Shown: positions 42,256 to 55,334 of the stretch, in pieces
Position numbering within the stretch: the first letter of the stretch is position 1
Layout of the letters: each line of letters opens with the position of its first letter
Source: Octopus vulgaris
Lineage: Eukaryota
Reading direction: 5' to 3'
DNA: 64,000 bases
Assembly: GCA_951406725.2 (NCBI GenBank)
Contig: OX597832.1
Coordinates: 68,262,001 to 68,326,000, forward strand
The notes under the pieces: model-generated
The model's input: the letters and a program-made list of their open reading frames with translations, nothing else
Database searches by the model: none
Told to the model about the DNA's origin: nothing
Translations under genes and position numbers: made by a program

Positions 42256-42504
42256 TACCTTTCTCTTTATAAACGTCCTATAAATTTCACACTGCTTCGG
42301 CTTTGTTGTCTCATTTTATTTAACATATAGACGCTCACACACGACCCGCATTAAACTCCTCACTCATACTATTATCGATTAGGGAGTCTAACTACAGTCC
42401 TTCCGTATCACGTAGCTTTACCTGCCATTTTGGCTCTTCTAGATACCAAAACCTCTCATATCATATAATATATATATATATATATATATGTATGTATATA
42501 TGCG

Positions 42505-42535
<31 letters not shown>

Positions 42536-43143
42536 GCGTATATATATATATATATACATATGCATAGATAAATACATATACACATACATACATACAGACA
42601 GACATACATACAGACAGACAGATAGATAGATAGATACACACACAATGTATATATATATATATATATATACATTGTGTGTGAGAGAGAAAGAGAGGGGTTG
42701 GGAAGGGAGAAAGAGGGAGAGAGAGGGGAGAGAGAGAAAGAGACTTCTCACAGCAAGAATAGATTTTAATCGCACATCGAAACAGCGCGCGGCCACTTGA
42801 AGCTAAATAATAACGAAAGCAAGAACACAACTGCAGCAACAGTGTCTGTTTCTCTTTGTGATAAAAGTAATGTTAGCTGATGTCATCTTTCGCTCCTGTC
42901 CTGGGGACATTTACCAACTGACACTGGAATGTGTCAGTTTTTTGACTGGCCAACCACCACGTTACAGATTCTGACACAACATACAGCAAACGATGGCCTA
43001 AAGCACAACTAAAAGACACACAGCATCACCAACATGTTACAATCATTGGCACTAACTGCAATAACTTACACACGCCAATACAAACATACTGCAATACTCG
43101 TATTTACAATGGACGAATAGGTGTCATCACCTTGTTTGTTGTT

Positions 43144-43189
43144 ACCACAACGTTTCGGCTGTTGTACTCTCCAGCGTTCATCAGGTGTT
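43144..43189 (-). ncRNA. Minimal type I hammerhead ribozyme-like motif
   Basis: aacac-CTGATGA-acgctg-gagagtacaa-cagcc-GAAA-cg-TT-gtggt; stem III palindrome AACGTT. Confidence 0.7.
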
Positions 43190-43310
43190 CTGGTGGAATT
43201 TCGAACACAGCCCTAAGGTATGTTGTTGATGTTATTTTTCTCTTGATATTAGGAATGAGAAAAATGTACCCCATTAGTCAAATAAAAGGTTGGGTTAGAA
43301 ATTCCAACAG

Positions 43311-43356
43311 AACACCTGATGAAGGCTGGAGAGTACATCAGCCGAAATGTTGTGAT
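43311..43356 (+). ncRNA. Minimal type I hammerhead ribozyme-like motif
   Basis: aacac-CTGATGA-a-ggctg-gagagtacat-cagcc-GAAA-tg-TT-gtgat. Confidence 0.7.
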
Positions 43357-44634
43357 AACAACAAAGAAGGTGAGGACAACTATTCGTCCATTGTAAATAA
43401 TGTACATAATTCCTCATCTCAAAAATTTAGAATAGTACACTGCAACACCTTGTGGCGTTTGCTCTAGCTCTTTACATTCCGATTTCACATACCGTTGAGG
43501 TCAGCTAAACTTTCTGTCTAACAGCCTCGATAAAATAAAGTACCATTTAAGTACGGGAGACGATGTAATCGACTATCCTTCGTCTTCCCAAGCTGCTGGC
43601 CTTGTGCTTCGATTAGGAACAAGCATAATAAGGCCAAGGTCTGGCAGAATCTTTAAAGCATTGGAAAAAAAACATTACGATTTTTATCCACTGTTTCCTC
43701 AACGCCACCAATTTCTACTCTTATGATTATAGAAGAAATCATTCCAAAGAACACTGAGTCCTCACCGAGGACTGTGTTTTTGAATTTAGTTGTTAGCCAG
43801 AGCTAGCAAATTAATCATATTTTGTCACTGATTTTCTTCCAATTCAGAGTTGGGATACAGAAAACTTACGCACAGAACGTGTATTCTATCTTTTTATCTC
43901 ACAAATAATGCAGAAGTTCTTGTCTGAGACTGATTCAAGTTTCTCAACAAATCTACATACATTTATTCAACACACACACACACACACACACACGCACGCA
44001 CGTACGTACACACGTATGTATGTATGTATTCATGTATGTGTGTGTGTATGTATGTATGTATGTATGTATGTATGTATGTATGTGTGTGTATGTATGTATG
44101 TAAAGGCAAAGAGAAAGAGAGAGAGAGAGATTGATAAATACATATATACTTACATAAATATATACATACATGCGGATATTTTTTCCCTAAAAAATACTTC
44201 CAGACCCATCGTATTAACGACTTCATGAGGAATGCAGATAACTACTAAAAAATATGGCATATGAATCTATAAATACTTTTATTTCCTCAATCTATGTTTG
44301 ACATTTTCGCGGGAATGGCATAGTAGTAATTTCATTTACTTTTATTTACTTTAATTTGTATGGTGGAAACTTTTCCTGATTAATACTACGGTTTGCGCTG
44401 AATGCTACTGCAATATTTTCGAAGTAAATTGTCTCTGCTACAGCATGTATTTATTATTAAATTATTACTTTTGGTACTCACAAATGTACGACATGAAGTG
44501 AATATATTCCAGTAAAATACTAAATCGAGCTTAGGGTTTCAACTCCCAATTCAAAGAAATATTACTTAATAAGACTGAAATATTTAGTCTGTTGCGAGTG
44601 CAGCTCTACTGCATCATGCTTTTAAGCTTGTATA

Positions 44635-44728
<94 letters not shown>

Positions 44729-46059
44729 AGGTACAATGCATTGGTTAAAAAAATGATTATTAGACGGTAATTCGTCCAGCACCAAAACGTCTACTAGTGT
44801 ACTTTTAATTAAAATTCCACCATGTTTATTTTTTTAATGGTAAAACAAACGATTTCTGATCTAGAAACAAGAAGTCTTCCATTGAAATTTAGATAACATT
44901 CATGGTGTACGATAGAGTCTTATTTCTATGCATAAATTTTGCGTGTATGTATGGATGGATGCTTATCGATGTATGTACTGCTCTATGTACATGTATACTA
45001 TGTGTATGAATGTATGTATGTATGTATGTATGTATGTACAGATAGATAGTCCTACGTATGTATGCATGTACATATGCACATATATATAAGTATGCATTGG
45101 ATGGCTTTATGCATGTATGTATAGAAATAGATGACTGGATGAATGAAAGATTTCCGACCACAAACGTGGTTCTGTCTTCCATTCTTATAACACTTTATGT
45201 AGTACTGTATGTCTAATAAGCAGCCATCTTTGGACATGAGTTGGCTTCCATCATATACCTACGTAAGTATGTGCATTGTCCGTACGTATGTATGTACATA
45301 CACACACGTGTGTATGTGTGAGTGTGTGCGTGTGTGTATTTGCATACCTGTCTATACCTATCTCACAAAAAGTAAAGAAAGAAAGAAATATAGTGAACAT
45401 AGGAAATAAACTGTGAACGGTGACGATGAATAAATATTATCTGCTGAATTTCAGTCCACTCGTAACTTCTTAAAGCTACTCACATAAAGAAATGAAGCAA
45501 ATTCTCTGGCGGATTTGCCCTGCTACTTAGAAACGGTTGCCTTCTAAATTGAGAAGATACAAATCAATGCTGGAGTGTAATGGCTATTGATTCTAGTGTC
45601 TATTGTCTTTTCGGATGCTGTCAGACAAGCTATTTCCTTGTGTCTGATAGTTCAGGGTAATAATAGTTAAGATTTTCGTTTAAACAAGCCAAAACAAAAG
45701 GAAGAAAGAAAGAAAATATAATATACTTAAGAACAATGTTAAGACAACAACAATTACAACAATGAAGTCGATGACGAAAGCAAGAAGAGATAAACTTTAT
45801 ACTTTTTACGAAAAAACAAAATCAAATTTATGCGAAAAATATATTCACAAATGTCTAAAATTTAGTGTTGCATACATCATCTCATATTTATAGTGGAAAT
45901 TTATTTATACAATGCATACGTGCGCGCGCACATACATGAGCACACAAAAACACAAACACACACACACACACTTACATAGACGCATATGTATATGTATAAG
46001 TGTACATATAATAATATGATATATAAACGTATATATATATATGTGTGTGTGTGTGTATG

Positions 46060-46098
<39 letters not shown>

Positions 46099-46601
46099 TA
46101 CACACACATACATAGGCACAAATGTATGCATACACATACACAAACATGCATATGTGCACATGTGTCCATACACATAATGATACATGCACAGATGTATTCA
46201 ACGCAAGAGACAAAAATATTTATACGTGTATTGAACTTGTATGTTTGTATGTGCATGTGTGTATGTGTGTATGCGTGTGCGTGTACCTAAAATTAAAATG
46301 TATTAATATAGGCAATTCATTTTCTATATTTTATTAATTTTTATTTATTTTTATTGTCTAAAGATCGATACTTATATAAATCACTTGATAATTACAAAAT
46401 GAAGATATTTAACACAATATAATTTAAATGAAATCAGTTATTTCGAATAATTTAAAATATTGTCTTGATTATACTTTTTTGTTGTTTACTCCCTGCCCTA
46501 TCCTAGCTTTCTGATACATTATGTCTATAAGGAGTCTCTATTGTATACTGACACTTTCCTTCTTAAAAGCAAAAAAAGATTTTTCCGTTATTATTATTAT
46601 T

Positions 46602-46688
<87 letters not shown>

Positions 46689-46787
46689 CTTAGATAAACT
46701 TAGATATGTTTCGACCAGAGATTGGTCCAGGCCATGTCTAACTTAATAGCACCACCTGATAGGATTATTCGAATCCTGTTTAAGTCA

Positions 46788-46917
46788 AGTTTTGTTCAAG
46801 TAGTGAGTTCTTGTTGGGTGAGTTGTATCCAGTTTTGTTCAAGTAGTGAGTTCTTGTTGGGTGAGTTGTATCCAGTTTTGTTCAAGTAGTGAGTTCTTGT
46901 TGGGTGAGTTGTATCCA
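46788..46917. repeat. Perfect 3 x 43-bp tandem repeat at the end of ORF2
   Basis: agttttgttcaagtagtgagttcttgttgggtgagttgtatcc starts at 46788, 46831 and 46874. Confidence 0.95.
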
Positions 46918-49848
46918 ATTATGGGTGGCTTATCTGGTATTCTTTGAAGGAATCTATCCAGACTCTGTTTGAAGTTGATGGGATCCTTTTCCTCTTTGAT
47001 CTCCCTCGGGACAATGTTAAATAGGGCAGGGCCTGTTGAGGAAAAGAAATTATGTTGCAGTGTACGTGTATGTTGTGATCTTGAATTTGGCAGGGGACGT
47101 ATAGCCCGTGATCCAAGTCTTGGATGAACCTTGAAGCTAATGTTTAGGTCGTTTGGGCAAAGTTGGCAGTATATTTTCCACATCGTACAAATGATGTACC
47201 GCTCACGGCGACGCTGGAGGGAGTAAAGTTTCAAGGCTTTAAGACGATCCCAATAATCGAGAGCAGCCATGCCTTCAATTTGTTTAGTGAGAGCCCTCTG
47301 GGGTGACTCAATTCTGGAGATGTTTTGTCTTGTGTGAGGAGACCACAGTGGGCAGCAGTATTCAAGGTGTGGCCGTACAAAGGAGGAAAAAAGTGGTATG
47401 ATGACACCTTGTTCTCTGGACCGGAAAGTTCTTAAGATCCAGGAACTCATCCTACGAGCTATATCGACCTTCTTGTTGATGTGTGCACTCCAACTGAGAT
47501 CGTCATCAACAATTACACCCAGGTCTCTGATATTGTTAGAGGCTGTGAGCGGTTCCCCTGAAGGAAGAGAGTATGGTTGTTTTAGTGAGGAATTTCTTCC
47601 AAAATGCATCAGCTCAAATTTTCCCTCATTCAGTTGCATTTTGTTTCTGTCTGCCCATTGACTCACAGCATATAGATCAGACTGGAGTTGAGTTCGGTCT
47701 GCTTCTTCATTGACGATTTGCTGGAGCTTAGTGTCATCAGCGAATATTTTCACTTTGCAGTGATGTACGACACTGGAAAGGTCGTTTACGCAAATTATGA
47801 AGAGTAGCGCACCCAAAACAGTTCCCTGGGGAACACCGCTGGTGACTTTTGCTGGGTTTGAGTGGACTCCATCAACTACAACATGTTGTGTCCTATTCGC
47901 CAGGAAATACTGAATCCAGCGTAGAACTTTTCCACGGATTCCAACATTTGCCAATTTTGAGAGTAGGATGTTATGGTCTACCCTGTCGAACGCTTTACTG
48001 AAGTCAAGATATATGACGTCAGAGTTCGATCCTGTTCCCAAGGCTTTGAGTACATCTTCAATGTGGTGTAAGAGCTGTGTTAGACAGTCCCTGCCACAGC
48101 GAAAGCCATGCTGATTTGAATTTAGGAGTTTGTGGGTCTCCAGGAAGTCAGCTATCCTTGATCTTAACACTCTTTCAAACACTTTAATGATGTGGGAGGT
48201 GAGTGAGATTGGGCGATAGTTGACTGCGAGGGATCTGTTTCCCTGTTTGAAAACCGGGATGACCGACTGGGATAGAAACTGTTTCGGTATATAACCTGCG
48301 TCTAGCGAGTTTCTCCAGAGGTTGGTCAGAGGGACTGCAAGTTGATATCTACATTCCTTCAGGAGACTAGCGGGAAATCTATCAGGGCCTACAGCAGAGT
48401 AATGTTTGACCTCATTTATTGCTGCTACGATGTCGGTGGCAGTGAAGGTTATGTCTGCGATTTTGTGTTGGGAGTCAACTTCGTTCGTTTCCCTCACATC
48501 AATATCAGTGGGAACACTGAAGACAGAGCAGTATTGTTTCTGCAGTATTTCTGCCATTTCTTTAGCATCGTGTTGGGGAATGCCGTTATCATCAATCAAT
48601 GGCCCAATGGGTGAGACAGTGGTTCTATGCTTATTTGCATAAGAATAGAACACTTTTGGGTTCTGTTTGATGTTTTTGATTACCCATTGTTCCTCCACAG
48701 CTCTTTGATTTTCAATGGAGGTTTTCATGTTAGTCTGCAGATGAAGTTTTTCCAGCTCTAGTCTTTTCATTGTTGTTGAATGTGGATGTTGTGTGTGGGA
48801 ATATTTTAATTGGTTGATTTTTTTGTTGAGTCTTTTGATGCGCCTGGTGAGTGTTTTTTTTCTTTTTAGGGAGCCGGTTTCTGTTTGTGTTAGTAGATTT
48901 CTTGGGAGCGTGTTTAGAGCATGTATAGGTGACAATGGTTTCAAAGTGCTGCCACGCGGTCTCAATATGAGGGGAATTGAGAGTAAAAGACCAGTCGATG
49001 GAAGACAGATCCTTTCTGATTGTTCCCCAGTCCGCTTTGTGGAAGGTTATGTTGTCAAATGGGTGCCATGGAGTGGGATTGGCTGGTTTGGTTTTTATAT
49101 GTCGGGAATTAAGATTGCAGAGTACCATGTCGTGGTCTTAGAGGAGAGTTTTTTCGACTGAAATGCTGTGAACGTAGCTAGAGTGATTGGTCAATACCAG
49201 ATCCAAGATCGTTTTATTCTGTCTCGTTGGTTCAAGCACTAGCTGAGTCAGGAAATACTCATCCATCAGATTAAAGAGCAGTTCTGCTGCTGCCCTATCT
49301 GATGTAGAGCACTTGCCTAACTTCGGAGTATTTGTGGGCCAGTTCACATGAGGGAGGTTAAAATCACCCATCACTAGTATGTTTCCGGAGTGGTACTTCC
49401 GAAGGAAGGACTTGACTTTGCTAAGGCACTCTTCAAAGTACTTTAGAGGTGCCTGGGGAGGCCTGTAAAGACCAACAATGGTTATGTCCTTGGCTTTGTT
49501 GTATAGTGATACCGATTCACAGTAGTCATTGGAAAATGTGTCCTTGGCATCAAGTGAAAAGGAGTCATGGATAAAGATGGCTGTCCCTCCCTTATTTCGG
49601 TCTGTGCGATCCGCACGAACAATGGTGAAATCTTTTATTTTCACCTCTGCGTCCATATGGGTGTTGTTCAGGTGAGTCTCGGTAAGGATAAAGAAAGGGA
49701 AGCAATGTGCCATTTCGGCAAGCCAACTCTCTATATATGGGATTTTCCATTTTTGGGCAATAATTGATGGGTTGATGCCACGTACATTTAACAGGAATGT
49801 CGAGGTAAGGGAAGTTGGTAATGGGTGAGTGGTCCTTGTGATTTGCAT
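46839..49848 (-). pseudogene. LINE ORF2 (APE endonuclease plus reverse transcriptase) with one stop and one frameshift
   Basis: APE motifs LNVRG, LTETH, GLYRPP, MGDFN, LDLVLT, (*)DH; RT motifs NYRPISL, YLDFSKAFD, GVPQG, FADD, RDLG. In-frame TAA at 49138-49140; frame change in the A-run near 48860. Confidence 0.92.
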
Positions 49849-49998
49849 AGATGGTTGGTGATGGCTCGCTGGATCTCCTGGCTTAGGTCGGCCTTCATAT
49901 TTTCCAGGTATGTCATTAAAAAATATATAAAGGATTGAGGTAACTCCTCCAGAAGATATAGAGTCAAAATTAAAAGAAGAGTGCCATTGTCATCTAGT

Positions 49999-50035
49999 GA
50001 ACGATATTTCGACATCTCGTGTCTTCAACAGGTTC
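49999..50035 (-). ncRNA. Minimal hammerhead-like motif, CUGUUGA core
   Basis: gaac-CTGTTGA-a-gac-acgagat-gtc-GAAA-t-ATC-gttc; stem I gaac/gttc. Confidence 0.65.
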
Positions 50036-50193
50036 AAAAAATAATTTTGTCAATCTACTTCATTTTGGTTAAATATCGTTCACTAGATGACAATAGTAAT
50101 CTTCTTTTAATTTGGACTCTATATCTTCTTGAGGCGTTACCTCAATCCTTTATATATTAACCAAAATGAAGTAGATTGACAAAATTATCATTT

Positions 50194-50230
50194 GAACCTG
50201 TTGAAGATACGAGATGTCGAAATATCGTTC
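50194..50230 (+). ncRNA. Minimal hammerhead-like motif, CUGUUGA core
   Basis: gaac-CTGTTGA-a-gat-acgagat-gtc-GAAA-t-ATC-gttc. Confidence 0.65.
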
Positions 50231-50398
50231 ACTGGATGACAATGGCACTCTTCTTTTCTTTTTTTTTGACTTATTATTATTATTTTGGTTTGGCTCAGGT
50301 TCGGTCTTATTCCTGGAAGGATTTATGTGGGTAGCGGGTTATTATCTATAACCTTAGGTATCCATAATTTTTCAGCAGTCTTTCATGTGCTTAGAACC

Positions 50399-50436
<38 letters not shown>

Positions 50437-50449
50437 CATTATTATTGCG

Positions 50450-50650
50450 AACTGGCATAATTATTAGCATGCCTGACAAAACACCTAACGGCATTTCGCC
50501 CGTTTTCACGCTTTGAATTCACATTTCACTGGGGTTGACTTCGCCTTTCATCGTTTCGGGGTCGATAAAATAAGGACCAGTTGAGCTGAAATCGACTTAC
50601 TCCCTGCCTCGAAATTGCTGACATTGACCCAAAATTTGAAATCATTATTA
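50450..50650 (+). mobile_element. SINE family A, diverged copy
   Basis: gacttcgcctttcatcgtttcggggtcgataaaataagg core lying between (ATT)n tracts. Confidence 0.75.
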
Positions 50651-50679
50651 TTTTTTTTTTTTTCTCTTCTTACAAATTT

Positions 50680-51195
50680 GCTTCCATTTCTTGCCGAGTG
50701 TCTTCCCGACTCATAGGGCAAAGAAACTCATAGTATACATCGGTAGGCCATTAAACTAAACTCACTAGTTCGTTAATTTTTTTTTTTTTAAGTTAAATTA
50801 AAATACATGGGTAGTAATAGTTCTCACATCGACAATGCTCTTCTCAATACGTGTGATGTACCAGTTAAGACAATCTTTTGCACTTCTTGCAGGGATGGTA
50901 AGCCAGGGATCATTCTCATATAATTTCGGTTCCCTTCTTGATCATTCCTAGTGCTCCTACGATCACTGGTATTGTAACCGCCTTGAGATGCCACATTTTC
51001 TCAATTTCAATGAGCAGGTCTTTATATTTTCTGAGCTTGTCAAACTCTTTCGCCGAGATATTATGATCACAGGGGATGCTCATGTCGATCAATAAGCAAA
51101 CTTTATTGTTTTGGTCTTTCACAACAATATCTGGTTTATTGGCTTTGATGGTTCGGTATGTATGTACTGGAAAGTCCCACAGAATCGTTACATTT
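50680..51195 (-). pseudogene. R4/Dong-like retrotransposon 3' end
   Basis: Translation TILWDFPVHTYRTIKANKPDIVVKDQNNKVCLLIDMSIPCD...KYKDL...IPVIVGALG. Confidence 0.85.
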
Positions 51196-52528
51196 TATTA
51201 TTATTATTATTATTATTAAGAAATGTCGGTGCTACTACTACCTCGTTTCCAAGGTTCCAAGTCACTGAAATTAATCTAACATGTCAAGAATATGCTTTAC
51301 CAAGATGAAAAGTGAAAGTGCCCTCTCCACTATAAAACGAAAGTCGTTTTTAACTAAAGAAAGTTAAAAGAGTCTTCAATGGCTATACTTTTAATGTTCG
51401 CCATGTCATGCGATGACGTACACAAGATAAAGTTTTTCATAAAGTAATGTATTCAAAAAGGCAATTTCTTGCGATAAGCTCCCTTGAGATACACTTCTAT
51501 AGATATCCTTCTATATGAGTAAGGTAAAGCTTTCCTAAATCTTTACATACACATCACGACGAGAGCAAATACATATGCGAAGAAGACAGAAAATAGGCAT
51601 TTTCTGTATTAGCTGTTAATCCTTCTCTCTTCTATTAATATTTGTAGCTCTCGATTAACTAAAATATATGCTTTGTCCACTGATTCTTTTTATAACCATA
51701 TTTATGCTGAAATATTCTGCCTTTATTTCAGTTCATGTTTGAAATAATGGCATTGAAAAGAGTGGTCTCTGGTGATTTCAGGAGTTTCATTAAATATTCG
51801 GTGGATGCTATCCCGACATTGTCATACGATACACTGTTACACTGATCAATGATAGCAATACCATCATAGAACGCCATAGGACATAGTCTTCATTCTAGTC
51901 TTCACTATCTTACTTCGGTCCTTAATTCTTTTCTTTTGTGCTAAATGACAGTTTTGCCTTTCGACAAATAATTTCGTTTCCGTACGGCGCTGGAAATACA
52001 TAAACGCCAAAATACTTGCTCAACATAATAATTATACGTCTATAAAAATAGTAATCAGATACCACGTATCTGGAAGTGATATTCTTAATCACACAGCCAC
52101 GACTGTGTCTATATTAAGCTATATTTATTTTTCATATAAATTATGTACACATGAATTGGCAGAGTTGTGTAATTTGAATCTCATCTAAGTCTTTTTTGTT
52201 TCTTTGAGGAAAATGCAAATCAAAAACTGTATTCGAGTGAGTGAACGTATGTACACACACGCACACATGAATATAGACGGGGAATGAAAACAAAGAGACT
52301 GAGATAGAATGATTGCGAGGGGGTGGAGTGCGCCGCGTGTGTGTATATACATATATATGTAAAGAGAGAGAGTGTGTGTGTGGGACAGATAGATAGGCAG
52401 ACAAACAGTAAGAGAGATGGATAGATAGATAGATAGATAGATATATATATATATATATATATAGATAGATAGATAGATAGATAGACAGACAGATAGACTG
52501 ATAGATAGATAGGTAGACAGATATAGAT

Positions 52529-52602
<74 letters not shown>

Positions 52603-52670
52603 GATAGATAGAAATATGGATAGACAGACAGACAGATAGATAGATACAGTATGGATAACTAGAAAGATAA

Positions 52671-52797
<127 letters not shown>

Positions 52798-53169
52798 TTT
52801 TAGTATTGTAACTGAAATCATCACTAGTTTTTCGAAATTAAATTCTCGAGAATAACCATAGTAGAATAAAGATCAGCTGGAGAGAGGGGAGGAGTATAAA
52901 GTGAGAGACATATGGAACAGATTGCACAAACGTGTTAAAAGAAAGATTAAGACAGTACCATATTGTTTACTACAATTACAAGGAGGTAACAGAAACTAGA
53001 GAAGTGGGGGAAATCAAACTTATAGCGTGTGTCATGTGGAAAAGGTGAACTAATAAGTGTTGACGTTTGAAGGTCATCTATTACAAAAGATGACCAATAG
53101 AAACATGGGGTTGGGGAAAGTGGTGGTGGTGATGGTGATGATAGATATTGCAATGCTAGAATTGTGCCG

Positions 53170-53485
53170 TGAAGGCTCATGGCATCGTGGTTAGAGTATT
53201 CGGCTGACGGTCGTGATTTTGATTTCCGCGAAGCGCTGTGTCCTTGAGCAAAACACATCATATCACGTTGCTTCACTCAGCTGGCAAAAATGAGTTGTAC
53301 CTGTAATTCACAAGGATCAGCATTGTCACATTCTGCGCCATTCTGAATCCTCTCAGAACTTCGTTAAGGGAACGCATGTGTGGAGTGCTCAGTTGCTTGC
53401 ACGTTAATTTTACGAGCAGCTTGTTCCCTTAACCGGATCAACTGGAACCTTCGTCGTCGTCGTCGTAACCGACGGAATGCCAGTT
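53170..53485 (+). mobile_element. SINE related to family B with a different 3' part
   Basis: tRNA-like head; the 3' end aactggaaccttcgtcgtcg...taaccgacggaatgcca is shared with about 2787-2880 (+) and 13975-14100 (-). Confidence 0.65.
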
Positions 53486-54534
53486 AATTGAAATGTGTGA
53501 AAGGACAAAAATGGCAAGGAATCGGGACAAGTGTTTAGATGTATGTAACATAATATGCGAAGTCAAGCACTAAAATAATTCTTATTATACAGCAGCAATA
53601 TGATAACAATATTTGTTACGTATCCACTTTTATCAACCAAAAAATCTTTTTTATGCTGAAACCTAATATCAATTATTGGTGTAGAGTTTTATATTCGTAA
53701 AACATATTTCCCAATATGTTAATTAATAGTTAACTTATTCATGTTTAACTACGTTGCCTAGAACATCATATAACTTCAGCAGCTAACATTAAAATTGTGA
53801 CAGAGAAAACACCATAGCTGTGAAATTATATATCTGTCTGTCTGTCTGCCTGCTCTCGGGAGATACACTACAACATCTCATTAATAAAGTGTCCAAGTTA
53901 TTTTAGAATCTGATTACAATGAGTGCTAATACTGTATGGCGCCAAAAGTTAAGTTTTGTAAACTTTGGATTACACGATGCTTCAACTCGAAACTAGCTTA
54001 TACAGAGAAAAAACAAACAAGTATATCTCATACCCCAAACAGGAATCGTGCCAAGTAAAATAACGACAGGGATAATTCTAAGTGAAATCTAAAATGAATA
54101 CACGTTTTTAATTAAGATGCAGGAGTGGCCGTGTGGTTACGAACTTTGATCACCATGGTTACGGTTGCGAGCCTCTTGTCTGGCACTTTGGGCATGTGTC
54201 TTCTGGAGTAACTGAAAAAAGCTTTGTGAGTGGATTTGGTTGTGTATATGTGTGTCTGTATGATATATTCCCATGTATGTATATGTGTTTGTGTCTCCTT
54301 TTCTTGACACATCACGTGACAATTTGTAAATGAGCGTAGCCATATAACATTAGGAGTGTCGTTCTTTACCAAACCTCCACGGAAACAGGTCCTACAATTA
54401 AGAACGATTGCTTGAAAACAGGTGAGGCTTGATCGTTAGAAAGACATTCGGTCGAAGAATATGTACCAGAGCTATTACTATCTGATCGATGCAAACATGG
54501 AAAAGTAGACGTTAAAAGGATCTGTGCTAAGAGA

Positions 54535-54917
54535 CGCAAGCGTGTGTGGTAAGACGTTTGCACGCCATGTTACATGGTTCCGGGTTCAGAGCACCAGCAT
54601 GGCACCTTGGGCAAGTGTTTTCTACGAGTCACGATCCAAGCAAAGCCTTGTAAGTGGATTTGTTCGAAAGAATCTAAAAGAAGCCCGTCGTACATATGTG
54701 TGTGTTTGTGTGTGTCTATGTGCGTGTTTGTTCTCCGCCATCCATTGACAACCGTTGTTGGTGAGTTTAAATCCCCGTCAATAAGCGCCTCAAAAAAAGA
54801 GACCGATAGAATAAGTACTAGGCTTTAAAAAACAAGTAAGTACAGGGTTGCTTCATTCGACAAAAGCTCTTCAAGGAGAGTGTTACAGCATAACCGCAGT
54901 CAAATGACTCAAACAAG

Positions 54918-54920
<3 letters not shown>
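54535..54920 (+). mobile_element. SINE family C, full length with internal (TG)n
   Basis: Head catggttccgggttcag...ggcaccttgggcaagtg, internal TG repeat, tail cgcagtcaaatgact. Confidence 0.75.
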
Positions 54921-54977
<57 letters not shown>

Positions 54978-54979
54978 GT

Positions 54980-55020
<41 letters not shown>

Positions 55021-55023
<3 letters not shown>

Positions 55024-55316
55024 AGGCGCAATGACCTAGTGGTTAGGGCAGCGGACTCGCGGTCGCAGAATCACGGTTTCGATTCCCAGACCGGGCGTTG
55101 TGAGTGTTTATTGAGCGAAAACACCTAAAAGCTCCACGAGGCTCCGGCAGGGGGTGCTGTACTCTTCCACCACTCTTTCTCCCAATCTTTCTTCTGTTGG
55201 CCTGCTCGCTTAGCCAGCGGGGTGGAGTCATTCGAAGGCTAAAACAATGCGAACGCATTGTGACCAGCGATGTGTAACAACCTCTGATGGTCTGGTCGGT
55301 CAAGTGATCACGTGAT
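55021..55316 (+). mobile_element. SINE family B, full length, inserted in (TA)n
   Basis: Near-identical to 7849-8151; TA repeats on both sides. Confidence 0.9.
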
Positions 55317-55334
55317 ATATATATATATTCCCCA

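Larger units (their letters stand above)
41652..42323. mobile_element. Fold-back element with ~320-bp arms, each bearing a hammerhead-like motif (Penelope pLTR-like)
   Basis: Arms 41652-41976 and 42003-42323 are diverged reverse complements around a ~26-nt spacer. Confidence 0.75.
46684..49920 (-). mobile_element. CR1-group LINE, 5'-truncated, with near-intact ORF2
   Basis: APE and RT domains; short 3' UTR with a stem-loop and tandem ctaagtttat units running into (TTA)n; probable ORF1 tail at 49788-49920. Confidence 0.92.

Noticed and set aside
46700-46735. gacca..tggtc-GAAA hairpin in the LINE 3' UTR as a ribozyme
   Set aside because: It lacks CUGANGA and is better explained as the LINE 3' recognition stem-loop.
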